DNA of 64,000 nt from an uncultured Gammaproteobacteria bacterium (GCA_963827755.1 CAWHCQ010000004.1:78513-142512), one strand, 5' to 3'. Shown: positions 9,503-17,883, numbered from the stretch's first letter. Made by a program: numbers and translations. The notes: generated by a model from the letters alone, not told the origin.

Positions 9503-10345
9503 ATGAAGAAGTCGCATTCATTAGCCTCGATAAGCGCCGCTATTATTATGTTCCTGTCAACAGCAACGTCTGCTGCGTTGATTGATCGCGGTGATGGCTT
9601 GATCTATGACAATGTACTGAATATCACCTGGCTGCAGAATTCATTCCTGGCTGCGAGTAATACGTTTGGTTTGCCGACTGGTGTGAGTCTGGGTACACAT
9701 CCTTCCGACAGCAGCGGTTTTAATGGAATCATCTATTCCATAGGCACCATGAACTGGCCCGGCGCTCTGCACTGGATCGACGCCATGAACGCTGACGGCG
9801 GCACGGGTTATAAGGGGTTTAACGACTGGCGTCTGCCGATAATGAGTCCCGTCAATGGCAGCAGTTTCAATACAACGTTGAGCAGCGACGCCACGACTGA
9901 TATGGGTACCGCCCCGACTACCACTGATGGGTCGGACGGTGGCTGGCGCGATGGCAGCAACAACCCGGTCTCAGAGATGGGACACATGTACTACGTGAAC
10001 CTGGCCAACCTTGGATTGTGTGATCCAGCCGTACCTTATTGTACCTTCCAGACCGGCTGGGGTCTGAATAACACCAGCTTTGTCGATGCAGAGACCGGCC
10101 TGACGGTGTCGCTTGATATTAACCAGAGCGGTAGCGGCTACTGGTTCGGTACGGAGTTAAATTCCAGTACCGCGTGGGGCTTCGGCTTAAACGTTGGCAG
10201 TCAGGTCCAGGCCAGCGGCGATAAGGACTTCACCTCCGCCTATGTTTGGGCTGTGCGTCCCGGCGATGTGCCGATACCCGCCGCGGTGTGGCTGTTCGGC
10301 TCCGGCCTGCTGGGACTAGTAGGGATAGCTAGGAGGAAGTCATGA
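9503..10345 (+). CDS. PEP-CTERM sorting-domain protein with a DUF1566/Lcl-C-like region
   Basis: Signal peptide MKKSHSLASISAAIIMFLSTATSA. Core motifs LNITWLQ...MNWPGALHWIDAMN...FNDWRLP...VWAVRPGDV resemble DUF1566. The C-terminus VPIPAAVWLFGSGLLGLVGIARRKS is a PEP-CTERM anchor. Confidence 0.7.
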   Translation: MKKSHSLASISAAIIMFLSTATSAALIDRGDGLIYDNVLNITWLQNSFLAASNTFGLPTGVSLGTHPSDSSGFNGIIYSIGTMNWPGALHWIDAMNADGGTGYKGFNDWRLPIMSPVNGSSFNTTLSSDATTDMGTAPTTTDGSDGGWRDGSNNPVSEMGHMYYVNLANLGLCDPAVPYCTFQTGWGLNNTSFVDAETGLTVSLDINQSGSGYWFGTELNSSTAWGFGLNVGSQVQASGDKDFTSAYVWAVRPGDVPIPAAVWLFGSGLLGLVGIARRKS

Positions 10346-11001
10346 AGAAATCACGTCTGTTGGGTGCTGTGTGTGCATCCTTACTCCTCCTGTGCACCTC
10401 AGTGACGCAGGCAACAATCGTAATAATTGAACCTGATAATTATCTACCGGGGCAAGCTCTAACTAACGTGATTTCCGGAGTTACCTTGTCGGTTGCAAAT
10501 GGGAGTGGAGTGCCTCAGTTAAATGACCAAGTTGAAGCTTTCCAAGGTAACTTTTCATCAACCGGAAGCTTGGTATTTGGGAGGCAGGTGGTACCTTTCA
10601 TTCCCGATGATAACTGGTTTCTTACCGATATTTTCGTTCACTCAATCTTACGCGCTGACTTTAACGTGCCGGTAGATGCGGTTTCCATTGATGTAATATC
10701 AGATACAACAGGGGATGAGGGAGCGCTGCTGGCCTACGATGCATCGGGTACACTGTTGGATACCGCCGTGGTCAGTCTTGGTAACCCCGGCACGTTTGCG
10801 ACAGCTACCATTAGTCGCCCAACGGCAGACATTGCCTATATACTCGCTGGCGGCTATCCGGTTGTCTCTAGTCCGCCTTTTAACGTCGTTGCGCTCGACA
10901 ATCTTCAATTCAATGTTATCCCCATCCCCCCAGCCCTCTACCTCTTCGGCTCCGGCCTACTTGGTCTAGTCGGTATGGCTAGGCGCAAAAAAGCGGCTTA
11001 A
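10342..11001 (+). CDS. PEP-CTERM sorting-domain protein
   Basis: Signal peptide MKKSRLLGAVCASLLLLCTSVTQA. The C-terminus IPIPPALYLFGSGLLGLVGMARRKKAA is a PEP-CTERM anchor. A 4-nt overlap with the upstream gene suggests co-translation. Confidence 0.7.
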   Translation: MKKSRLLGAVCASLLLLCTSVTQATIVIIEPDNYLPGQALTNVISGVTLSVANGSGVPQLNDQVEAFQGNFSSTGSLVFGRQVVPFIPDDNWFLTDIFVHSILRADFNVPVDAVSIDVISDTTGDEGALLAYDASGTLLDTAVVSLGNPGTFATATISRPTADIAYILAGGYPVVSSPPFNVVALDNLQFNVIPIPPALYLFGSGLLGLVGMARRKKAA

Positions 11002-11023
11002 CACTAAATAAGAATCAACAGGG

Positions 11024-11052
11024 ACGGCGGCTTCGGTCGCCGTATTATATTT
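11024..11052 (+). terminator. Rho-independent terminator after the PEP-CTERM pair
   Basis: ACGGCGGC-TTCG-GTCGCCGT hairpin (8 bp, one G-U pair) followed by ATTATATTT. Confidence 0.6.
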
Positions 11053-11162
11053 GCTAAAGGTCTGAAAGTGGCCGACTCCAGTCTTCGTCGGGCGTTGCAA
11101 CAATTGGTGAGGGGCGAGCCAGGAACGGCAGGTTACCGACCGTACCCGGTCGTTTAGCAAAT
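11049..11162. repeat. 114-bp unit bounded by perfect 10-bp inverted repeats ATTTGCTAAA / TTTAGCAAAT; member of an island-specific intergenic repeat family
   Basis: ATTTGCTAAA lies at 11049-11058, its complement TTTAGCAAAT at 11153-11162, and a third arm ATTTGCTAAA at 11175-11184. The right end contains CCGGTCGTTTAGC, also found at 9332-9344. Confidence 0.5.
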
Positions 11163-11323
11163 AACTATCTGATAATTTGCTAAAAGACAGGAGCCGACCC
11201 TTTCCTGAAGTTCGGCGACTTGGATTGAATGTCTTGAAGAATAGTAATCAAGCCTAAAAGTAGTAAGAGTGATTGCTCGATAAGCTTGAGATTCAGGGAA
11301 AATGGCGTTAATTCAGCCTACAC

Positions 11324-11752
11324 TCAACCGCTAATATAGGTTTCAAGATTCTTGATCTTGAAGTCCTTCTCAACGATCAGATATTTGACGACGTCACCGA
11401 TCGACACAATGCCGCAGAGGCTGCCGTTGCAAAGTACCGGGAGATGGCGGATACGCTTTTCGGTTATCAGCTGCATGCAATCGTCCAGCGAGGTTTCCGG
11501 CGTGACGGTGGTCAGATCGGTTGACATGAGTTCCCTGACCTTGACCTTGTCGATTTTCTGCCCCTGAAGAACCACCTTCCGGATAACATCGCGTTCGGAA
11601 ACCATTCCGACAACCGCGCCGCCTTCCACCACCACCACTGTTCCCGCGGAAATATCTTCCATTTTTTCGATCGCATCCCGCACCGATGTGTCCGGGTCCA
11701 CGGTCAAAACATCGCGTCCTTTGGAATCCAGCAAATTCAATACAGCACCCAT
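11324..11752 (-). CDS. CBS-domain pair protein
   Basis: 142-aa ORF with two CBS repeats (VDPDTSVRDAIEKMEDISAGTVVVVE... and VTPETSLDDCMQLITEKRIRHLPV). Confidence 0.85.
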   Translation of the reverse strand: MGAVLNLLDSKGRDVLTVDPDTSVRDAIEKMEDISAGTVVVVEGGAVVGMVSERDVIRKVVLQGQKIDKVKVRELMSTDLTTVTPETSLDDCMQLITEKRIRHLPVLCNGSLCGIVSIGDVVKYLIVEKDFKIKNLETYISG

Positions 11753-11901
11753 TACAACCTCCTTGATAATTTATTGATAAACCCCATACTTATATTCAGT
11801 ATATCTGCAAGAACACAAACCTCAAGCCAATCAGTTAATTTATACATAATCCGAAGTATGACATTTTTGAAAAGATATGTAGTCCGTCTTTAGGCGAACC
11901 T

Positions 11902-12066
11902 GGGGGCTTCTACCCCAGCTGCCGGGCACGTCGTATGGCAGAAAGTGCCGCCTTGCTGGTAGATGAAGTATTGCCACATGAGCCCATGCGCCAATGGGTA
12001 TTCAGCGTGCCGTTTCCTCTCAGGTTCCTGTTTGCCAGCCAACCCAAAATCATGGGCAAGGCGCTG
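11902..12066 (+). pseudogene. IS91-family transposase relic (about 55 codons from the end of the zinc-binding domain)
   Basis: The in-frame translation GFYPSCRARRMAESAALLVDEVLPHEPMRQWVFSVPFPLRFLFASQP matches my recollection of the IS91/IS1294 block GFCPSC-G-RRMAE..A.LVD.VLP..PVRQWVL..P..LR. Two conserved residues are substituted, and the rest of the transposase is absent. Confidence 0.6.
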
Positions 12067-12401
12067 GAGCAACAATCCGCTGAAATAAAAACGCCGGAGC
12101 AGAACACAGAGGTCGGGCTAAAACCCGCCGGTTATGCGTAAAAGCATTAAAAGAATACAGTACCCTTTAAGCACGACGTGAACATCCGGTTTCGCAGGAA
12201 GCTGACGTTCGCGAGTAGGGTGGTGTATGACGTGTATCCGAACTCGGACGTTCAGAAAACCAATTCCAGAGTTTCCTCTGGCCGCTTGGTGATACTAAAT
12301 GCCATCTGCATGCTGACGTGGCCTGCTCCCTGATTTTGTACTACAGTAGCAACTGATTTTCGGACTGCCGCTATATCCATCTATTGACGTTCGCCCAAGT
12401 C

Positions 12402-13244
12402 ATGCTCAGGCAAAGCTATCTTCTTATTGCGATTCTATGTCTCGGCGTTTTCGCCGGATACTATCTGTTGCGTGTTGTTTCACCACAACCGGGTAGTCCA
12501 AATGCCGAAGCACCACAGGGTACGTTGGAGTTCGACCGAGAGTATAAAGACTATACGGATGTTACGCTTACCCGATTGCAGCAGCGACTCGAGCAAGCAG
12601 AGCAGGAGCGGGTATGGCTGGCCGAACGAATTGCAGCACTGGAGGCGGTGACAGGGAAACCCGAGACGTATCCTGACACCGGAACCGGGACACCGGCAAC
12701 TGAGGCAAACGAGGTAATGGAATCCACTGCACCACCACCGACCTTTCGCACCAGCGTCGAAGCCCTGATCGAGACCGGTATCCCGGAGGAGCAGGCGGCC
12801 CGCATCCAAGCGTATCTTGATGAGTATGACCTGAAGCAGTTGTATCTGCAGGACCTCGCCAGCCGCGAGGGCTGGCTCAATACCGCCCGCTACCGCAAGG
12901 AACAGAGCGAGACCCGGAATGCCTACCAGGATTTACGCTCGGAGATCGGGGACGATGCCTACGATCGCATGCTCTATGCCCTTGGACGGACCAACCGGGT
13001 CGTAGTGCGCGACATCATGCAGAACTCGACCGCTGAGCAATACGACCTGCGGGCAAACGACCGGATCATCGAGTATGACGGCCAGCGGGTGTTCACTGGC
13101 CAGGAACTGAACACGCTGGTCACCCAAGGGACTGCCGGTGCGCCAGTGCTATTGCGGGTGCAGCGGGATGAACAGCAACTCGAGTTCTACCTCCCACAGG
13201 GGCCGATTGGCATCAGGCTGGCCACCAGCCGAGAACAACCCTAG
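12402..13244 (+). CDS. Membrane-anchored coiled-coil protein with C-terminal PDZ domain
   Basis: N-terminal TM segment YLLIAILCLGVFAGYYLL, coiled-coil-like RLQQRLEQAEQERVWLAERIAALEA, and a PDZ-like C-terminus AEQYDLRANDRIIEYDGQRVFTGQELNTLV...VLLRVQRDEQQLEFYL. ATG 12402 is preferred over TTG 12384. Confidence 0.6.
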   Translation: MLRQSYLLIAILCLGVFAGYYLLRVVSPQPGSPNAEAPQGTLEFDREYKDYTDVTLTRLQQRLEQAEQERVWLAERIAALEAVTGKPETYPDTGTGTPATEANEVMESTAPPPTFRTSVEALIETGIPEEQAARIQAYLDEYDLKQLYLQDLASREGWLNTARYRKEQSETRNAYQDLRSEIGDDAYDRMLYALGRTNRVVVRDIMQNSTAEQYDLRANDRIIEYDGQRVFTGQELNTLVTQGTAGAPVLLRVQRDEQQLEFYLPQGPIGIRLATSREQP

Positions 13245-13283
13245 ATAAGGTTGGAGGGAGTGAAACTACAGCATTAGTAACAA

Positions 13284-13310
13284 GGCTCCTTCAGGAGCCG
13301 TTTTTTCTTT
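13284..13310 (+). terminator. Rho-independent terminator after the PDZ gene
   Basis: GGCTCC-TTCA-GGAGCC followed by GTTTTTTCTTT. Confidence 0.7.
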
Positions 13311-13612
13311 GGGATTGAATGTCCGAGTTTAGCACTGCATCTCGGAAGTTCGCATGAATTTGGGGAATGACAGGTTCTGGCCGATCCCGGTAGTACAGTA
13401 ATCATCCCCAGAGAGATGACTGGCATCTGCTGAACGACCGATTCTGCCCCGATTCAGGTCGTTCCAGGTAGACGCTTACAACGCCGTAATCCCAGTTGTG
13501 TTCAGTCCTTTCAGAAGCTGTTGAACCGATCCGAAGACAACTTCGTAAACAACATTGTATGCTGGATACTCTTATATCCAATATAGTGCTAGATGGTTTG
13601 ATGGATTAGTTC

Positions 13613-14473
13613 ATGGTACACACAACCGGAAGTCTGCTACAACCAAGTTCCTGGCGCATCGCGGCGGCGCTCTTGCCGGGTCTGCTGGTGGGGGGGCTCA
13701 TGTTGGCGAACGGTCCAATCCCGCAACCCCTGAGCTATCACGACTTTGCCGATACCCGAGTTTTGCTTGGTATCCCCCACGCCGGAAATGTGTTGACGAA
13801 TCTGGCTTTTTTCATCGTCGGCGGGTGGGGGTTGTGGTTTCTCGCGCAACCAAATTCTTCAGGACGATCTTTCATCGATGGCCGCGAGCGCCGACTTTTC
13901 CGGTATTTCTTCACGGGTGTGTTTCTTACAGCTTTCGGTTCCGGCTGGTATCACCTGGAACCGGACAATTACAGCTTGGTCTGGGATCGCCTGCCGATGG
14001 CAGTGGCTTTCATGAGCATCTTCGCGGTCATGATCGCTGAACGCGTGAAGTTGAATATTGGCGTCGCCTTGTTAGGGCCACTGGTGGCAATTGGAGTGGC
14101 AAGCGTGCTGTGGTGGATCTGGACAGAGCATGCGGGTCAGGGGGATCTGCGTTGGTATTTGATGGTGCAGTTCTACCCCACCCTTACCATTGCGCTGATG
14201 CTTCTGTTACTGCCCACGCCATACACAAGAGGCAACGACTATTGGGGACTGTTTTTATTTTACGCGGCGGCCAAGGTCGTGGAAGTACTCGACCACGAGA
14301 TATTCAACTTGTCCCAGGGTTTGGTTAGTGGCCACAATCTAAAACACCTGTTCGCAGCAGCTGGTGCTGCGTGGCTCTTGCGGATGCTCTGGTTGCGCCA
14401 GGCACGCCGTCCCCTGATACACCGGGGAAGCGTCCTTGCTACAGCTGAAGTATTCAGCCCGGAGGAGGAGTGA
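13613..14473 (+). CDS. Polytopic membrane protein, alkaline ceramidase-like family (tentative)
   Basis: 286-aa ORF with about 7 hydrophobic segments. The motifs GSGWYHLEPDN..LVWDRLPMA and HNLKHLFAA resemble bacterial ceramidase-family (PF05875-like) proteins from memory. Confidence 0.45.
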   Translation: MVHTTGSLLQPSSWRIAAALLPGLLVGGLMLANGPIPQPLSYHDFADTRVLLGIPHAGNVLTNLAFFIVGGWGLWFLAQPNSSGRSFIDGRERRLFRYFFTGVFLTAFGSGWYHLEPDNYSLVWDRLPMAVAFMSIFAVMIAERVKLNIGVALLGPLVAIGVASVLWWIWTEHAGQGDLRWYLMVQFYPTLTIALMLLLLPTPYTRGNDYWGLFLFYAAAKVVEVLDHEIFNLSQGLVSGHNLKHLFAAAGAAWLLRMLWLRQARRPLIHRGSVLATAEVFSPEEE

Positions 14474-14509
14474 CGCCAAAATTCCAAAATTTGGCCCATA
14501 CTTAAATCC

Positions 14510-14531
14510 GGTGACCAATGTCACCTTTCTT
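14510..14531 (+). terminator. Possible terminator after the ceramidase-like gene
   Basis: GGTGAC-CAAT-GTCACC followed by TTTCTT. Confidence 0.4.
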
Positions 14532-14761
14532 GCATAGTTGCCGTTGAGGGTTTTTGGCGAGAAGGCGGCAACGGGTCTGTTCCCGCTTTTTAACAGCGGC
14601 TAATATTGGAAATGGCTAAACGGTGACTATCGACCCAATATAGCGGAAGTACAGCAAATTGAATTGTATGTCCGAGATTGCGGCGAAAGCTGACGTTAGC
14701 ACCCAAGTTCACATTTCCCTATCAGCAAATTTCGATTGTTCGCGAACAGATTTATTGAACG

Positions 14762-15157
14762 CTAATTATTTCTCGCCCCCTGCTTCACCCACAAATGCAG
14801 AATCTCAATCTCATGTTCTGTTATGGGCTTGTGTGTATTTTTCAATTTAAGAGACAAATTACCGGCACGACCCTCGACCAGCATATTAAGGGGGCTCGTT
14901 TTACTATTACCCGGTACAATCACAGGCCCATATATCGATCCCTCCATGAGGGCCTCATAACTATCCATTTCTAGTCCCGTCTTTCTATAACCCCCACCGT
15001 TGGGCGGTGTATGGCAATCTATGCATTTATCCACAAATATAGGGTGCACATCTCGTTGATAGCTAATCTGCGGTGTGGTTGTACAACCTGAAGAATAAAG
15101 AGAGGTTAGGAGTGTAGTTATAAAACTAACGGTGTATGTATAGTTCATTGGTCTCAT
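14762..15157 (-). CDS. Monohaem c-type cytochrome lipoprotein (PSCyt1/Planctomycete-cytochrome-C-like domain)
   Basis: Lipobox-like LYSSGC. Single haem motif CIDCH within VHPIFVDKCIDCHTPPNGGGYRKTGLEMDSYEALMEGS...PGNSKTSPL...EIEILHLWVKQGA. Confidence 0.65.
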   Translation of the reverse strand: MRPMNYTYTVSFITTLLTSLYSSGCTTTPQISYQRDVHPIFVDKCIDCHTPPNGGGYRKTGLEMDSYEALMEGSIYGPVIVPGNSKTSPLNMLVEGRAGNLSLKLKNTHKPITEHEIEILHLWVKQGARNN

Positions 15158-15168
15158 AGGGCATTACG

Positions 15169-15900
15169 TCAATCAGCCAACACAATTTGGGAAAGATCAC
15201 TTATGCAATCCTTTCCTTCTTTTAAAAGCTTTTTCAAAAGTCTCGGATCATGCTCCATATCCAATTCTAACGTGATCATCGCATGGCACTCGATTCTTTT
15301 GAAAGAGGCTAAAGTATCATTTTTCATCCGTTCTTTCATGATGTTAACGCCAATGACAGGAGGAACGAAAAAATTCGGCTTCATACTTGATTCATGAAGC
15401 ACCCGGGTACGTGCCCCCTGAGGGTGTATTTCCCAGGTGGAAAAGCCCGATTCAAAGCTGCTGAGTTCCGGAATGGTTTTTATTGTAATGAGTTCTTCCC
15501 CAGCCTCTACAATATCCCCGACCCAGTCAATTGTAATGTGGAACGGTCCTATCAAGTGCACAGAATGATTCCGCACCCTAATCACTTCATCACGATCAGA
15601 AGGAAGCATCTCGATTTCGGTAATAGCTGGATTTATTCGATAGCCATGCTTGTAATCAGTTATTACCTCATATACGTAATCCTTAGGCGCATCGAGTATA
15701 TATACAACCCGCAGGCGGTACTCACCATTCGCCTCTATTACGGACAGTTCTTCAAGCTCACCAGCAGTGGAAATAGCATTGAATAGTAGCAAAGCAGACA
15801 GGGTGCATATCCAGGTCACTGAGGTGCATAGCATTGAATGCCGCGACTCAGCTTGCCTGAGAAATAATGCCATCAACTGCTGCATTATCGTCATCATCAA
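15169..15900 (-). CDS. Secreted SRPBCC (START/polyketide-cyclase-like) family protein
   Basis: 243-aa ORF with an N-terminal hydrophobic signal. EANGEYRLRVVYILDAPKDYVYEVITDYKHGYRINPAITE... resembles the SRPBCC fold family. The call is from pattern memory only. Confidence 0.5.
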   Translation of the reverse strand: MMMTIMQQLMALFLRQAESRHSMLCTSVTWICTLSALLLFNAISTAGELEELSVIEANGEYRLRVVYILDAPKDYVYEVITDYKHGYRINPAITEIEMLPSDRDEVIRVRNHSVHLIGPFHITIDWVGDIVEAGEELITIKTIPELSSFESGFSTWEIHPQGARTRVLHESSMKPNFFVPPVIGVNIMKERMKNDTLASFKRIECHAMITLELDMEHDPRLLKKLLKEGKDCISDLSQIVLAD

Positions 15901-16022
15901 GGGGTAATCATCCTGTGTTACTTTAAGGAAGTTTGTTGGCTGTCGATGAGGAGAAAATGGAGACTATCCTACTGCTCCGTCGTGAAAGGGAATCAGAGGA
16001 GTTGTATCTCGAGATAATGAAA

Positions 16023-16367
16023 TTAACTTATAAGCGTTTCATTGGAATTACTTTCTCCCCTGTTGTCAATCCAGATGACCTTGATCGTGTCACCAATCTT
16101 GCCATCCAGCAGCCAGAACGACAGATAGGGAGTTTCCGCTATACCTTTTCCCCAATTGGCAGACATAACGACCCTTCCATTATGTTCACAGAGAATTCTC
16201 TGAATATAGTGCTCCGGTATAAGTATGCCCGTTAGTTTATCCTTACGCCGGCCTGTTTCCATTGGGTGATTGAACAGCATCTTGATTTGATGCTGTCCTT
16301 TTTTCAGTCGGGCTTTAATTTTAACTGAGTTAGTCATATCCTCTGTAACCTGGGTGCTGTTAGTCAA
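16023..16367 (-). CDS. soxZ: Thiosulfate-oxidation carrier complex protein SoxZ
   Basis: IKARLKKGQHQIKMLFNHPMETGRRKDKLTGILIPEHYIQRI...PYLSFWLLDGKIGDTIKVIWIDNRGE matches the SoxZ signature HPMETG..D..TG..IPA. Confidence 0.85.
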   Translation of the reverse strand: MTNSTQVTEDMTNSVKIKARLKKGQHQIKMLFNHPMETGRRKDKLTGILIPEHYIQRILCEHNGRVVMSANWGKGIAETPYLSFWLLDGKIGDTIKVIWIDNRGESNSNETLIS

Positions 16368-16831
16368 CCGCCACAGCCTCCGGCTGTTATCTTGGTTTTC
16401 TTCCTTGCACTGTATAACCTGCCATCAGCCTTTACTATGACTACAACATGGGTTGTTTCAGCCAGCCTAATACGTGTGTTCAAGCGGTTGGCTATCATGT
16501 CGGTCATTTCGAAGCTGGCCAATAGTGGAATGGGATTCTTTTCAGAAAACAGACTAATCGATTCAACATTATCGAACCCGTCTGCTCGAACATTTATTGG
16601 TACGTTGGCAGCGTTCTCGGAAACCTCGCCTAACTCGATCTCGATGAGTTCACTTGGTTCTGCATCGGAAGCACCCAAAAGTCTGGTCATTGCATCCTGT
16701 AAGGACTCGGTAGTAAAGGCAGTCTCCGGCCATGTGGCGATGACTTCCCGCGGTATCAGAAGCCCCTTGCTCGCCGCTAATAGGGGCGCACCTGATGCCA
16801 GAGCAGAAATTAGAAAGAGCCGTCGTTTCAT
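16364..16831 (-). CDS. soxY: Thiosulfate-oxidation carrier protein SoxY
   Basis: Twin-arginine signal MKRRLFLISALASGAPLLA and the hallmark C-terminus KITAGGCGG (sulfur-carrying Cys). It overlaps soxZ by 4 nt. Confidence 0.9.
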   Translation of the reverse strand: MKRRLFLISALASGAPLLAASKGLLIPREVIATWPETAFTTESLQDAMTRLLGASDAEPSELIEIELGEVSENAANVPINVRADGFDNVESISLFSEKNPIPLLASFEMTDMIANRLNTRIRLAETTHVVVIVKADGRLYSARKKTKITAGGCGG

Positions 16832-16888
16832 TCGCTAACCCTATGGTTATTAAATACAGGACAGTAAGTACAATCTATGTACTGTTAC

Positions 16889-17233
16889 TCAGCAACCATC
16901 ACCCTCGACCATAACTTCACCGGTTACATTGTCATGCTTGGCGTTGCCTTCATCATCGGTGACGATTGTCCTGACAAACATCATTGATTCAATGCGGTCA
17001 AACTGGGTATCCATTGCCTTCGCGATCTGCTTATCAGTCAACCCATCATAGATCATGATGCGACCGCGCTGTTCCAGCTTTAGTTGATTATCCGGCGGGT
17101 TGAACAGCAGCTTTTCCTGCCAGTCTCCGGCGGCGGCCGGTGGTACGGCAGTACATCCGGCAGTACACAGTAGTGTGGTGATGCCAGTAGCCAGTACCAG
17201 CGTCTGCAGGGTATGAGTCAGAGTGTTTTTCAT
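16889..17233 (-). CDS. Small lipoprotein of unknown function ending in ...EGDGC
   Basis: 114-aa ORF with signal/lipobox-like TLLCTAGC. The conserved-looking core is IMIYDGLTDKQIAKAMDTQFDRIESMMFVRT. The C-terminal residue is Cys (checked on the nucleotide sequence). Confidence 0.5.
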   Translation of the reverse strand: MKNTLTHTLQTLVLATGITTLLCTAGCTAVPPAAAGDWQEKLLFNPPDNQLKLEQRGRIMIYDGLTDKQIAKAMDTQFDRIESMMFVRTIVTDDEGNAKHDNVTGEVMVEGDGC

Positions 17234-17439
17234 GTCACTCCGACTATGATCAGTTTATGGTTAATCGAAAACATTGTAGACACCCTTAAATTGTTTGTTA
17301 GTGTATATATATTCAAGCTTTTAGCTTGTTCGAGAATCAATGGTGTCAGCAAACTCAGCGTACACCGCCAACCCGCCCCGCGCATCGGGGCGCTCCCCCA
17401 TTTTAGGGGTGGGGGATTCCCCCATGGCAGCCAATGCGA

Positions 17440-17883
17440 CTACTCGGAATCGAGCCCGGCCCGCATCTTCGGACTCACGTACGTCTCCCCGTCGAGCACG
17501 CAGCGGATCGCGATCAACAGCGTCTCGCCCATCTCCTGCTTGCTGACGTAGCCATTGGCGCCGGCGCGCAAGGCGCGACGTGCGTATCGAGGGGCCGCGT
17601 GCATGGAGAGCACCAGGATCGGCAGGTCCGCGTGGCGTGCGCGGATATCTTTTATCAGCCCGAAGCCATCGGTTTCCGCCAGCCAGAGATCGGTGATCAC
17701 CAGGTCGGGTTGGCTGCTGGCGATGGCGTCGAGGCCATCGTGGTGCGTGGACTCGGCACAGACACCGAGATCGGGCTCGTTATCGATCAGCGCGCTCAGA
17801 CCGCGACGCACCAGGGGATGGTTATCGATGATCAGGAGCCGCTGCCGGGTCTTCGTTGCAGGTGGTGTGACGATGCTGTCCAT
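17440..17883 (-). CDS. Stand-alone response-regulator receiver domain (NarL/FixJ-type receiver, no HTH)
   Basis: 147-aa ORF. LLIIDNHPLVRRGL...DLVITDLWL...ILVLSMH...GANGYVSKQ. It stops in the linker where its paralogue at 18012-18701 continues into a LuxR HTH. Confidence 0.8.
   Translation of the reverse strand: MDSIVTPPATKTRQRLLIIDNHPLVRRGLSALIDNEPDLGVCAESTHHDGLDAIASSQPDLVITDLWLAETDGFGLIKDIRARHADLPILVLSMHAAPRYARRALRAGANGYVSKQEMGETLLIAIRCVLDGETYVSPKMRAGLDSE

Noticed and set aside
9332-14700. Calling the island a chromosomal integron cassette array, with GTTTAGC motifs as attC core sites.
   Set aside because: No intI integrase or attI is in the window. The recurring core is GTTTAGC, not GTTRRRY. 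Gene orientations are mixed. The spacers do not share one common bulged-hairpin architecture that I can see. I kept this only as a cassette-like observation to test with IntegronFinder.
15933-16235. 100-aa plus-strand ORF in the sox cluster, and the 310-aa plus-strand ORF at 17434-18366.
   Set aside because: Both are antisense to well-supported genes (soxZ; the two response regulators) and lack motifs.
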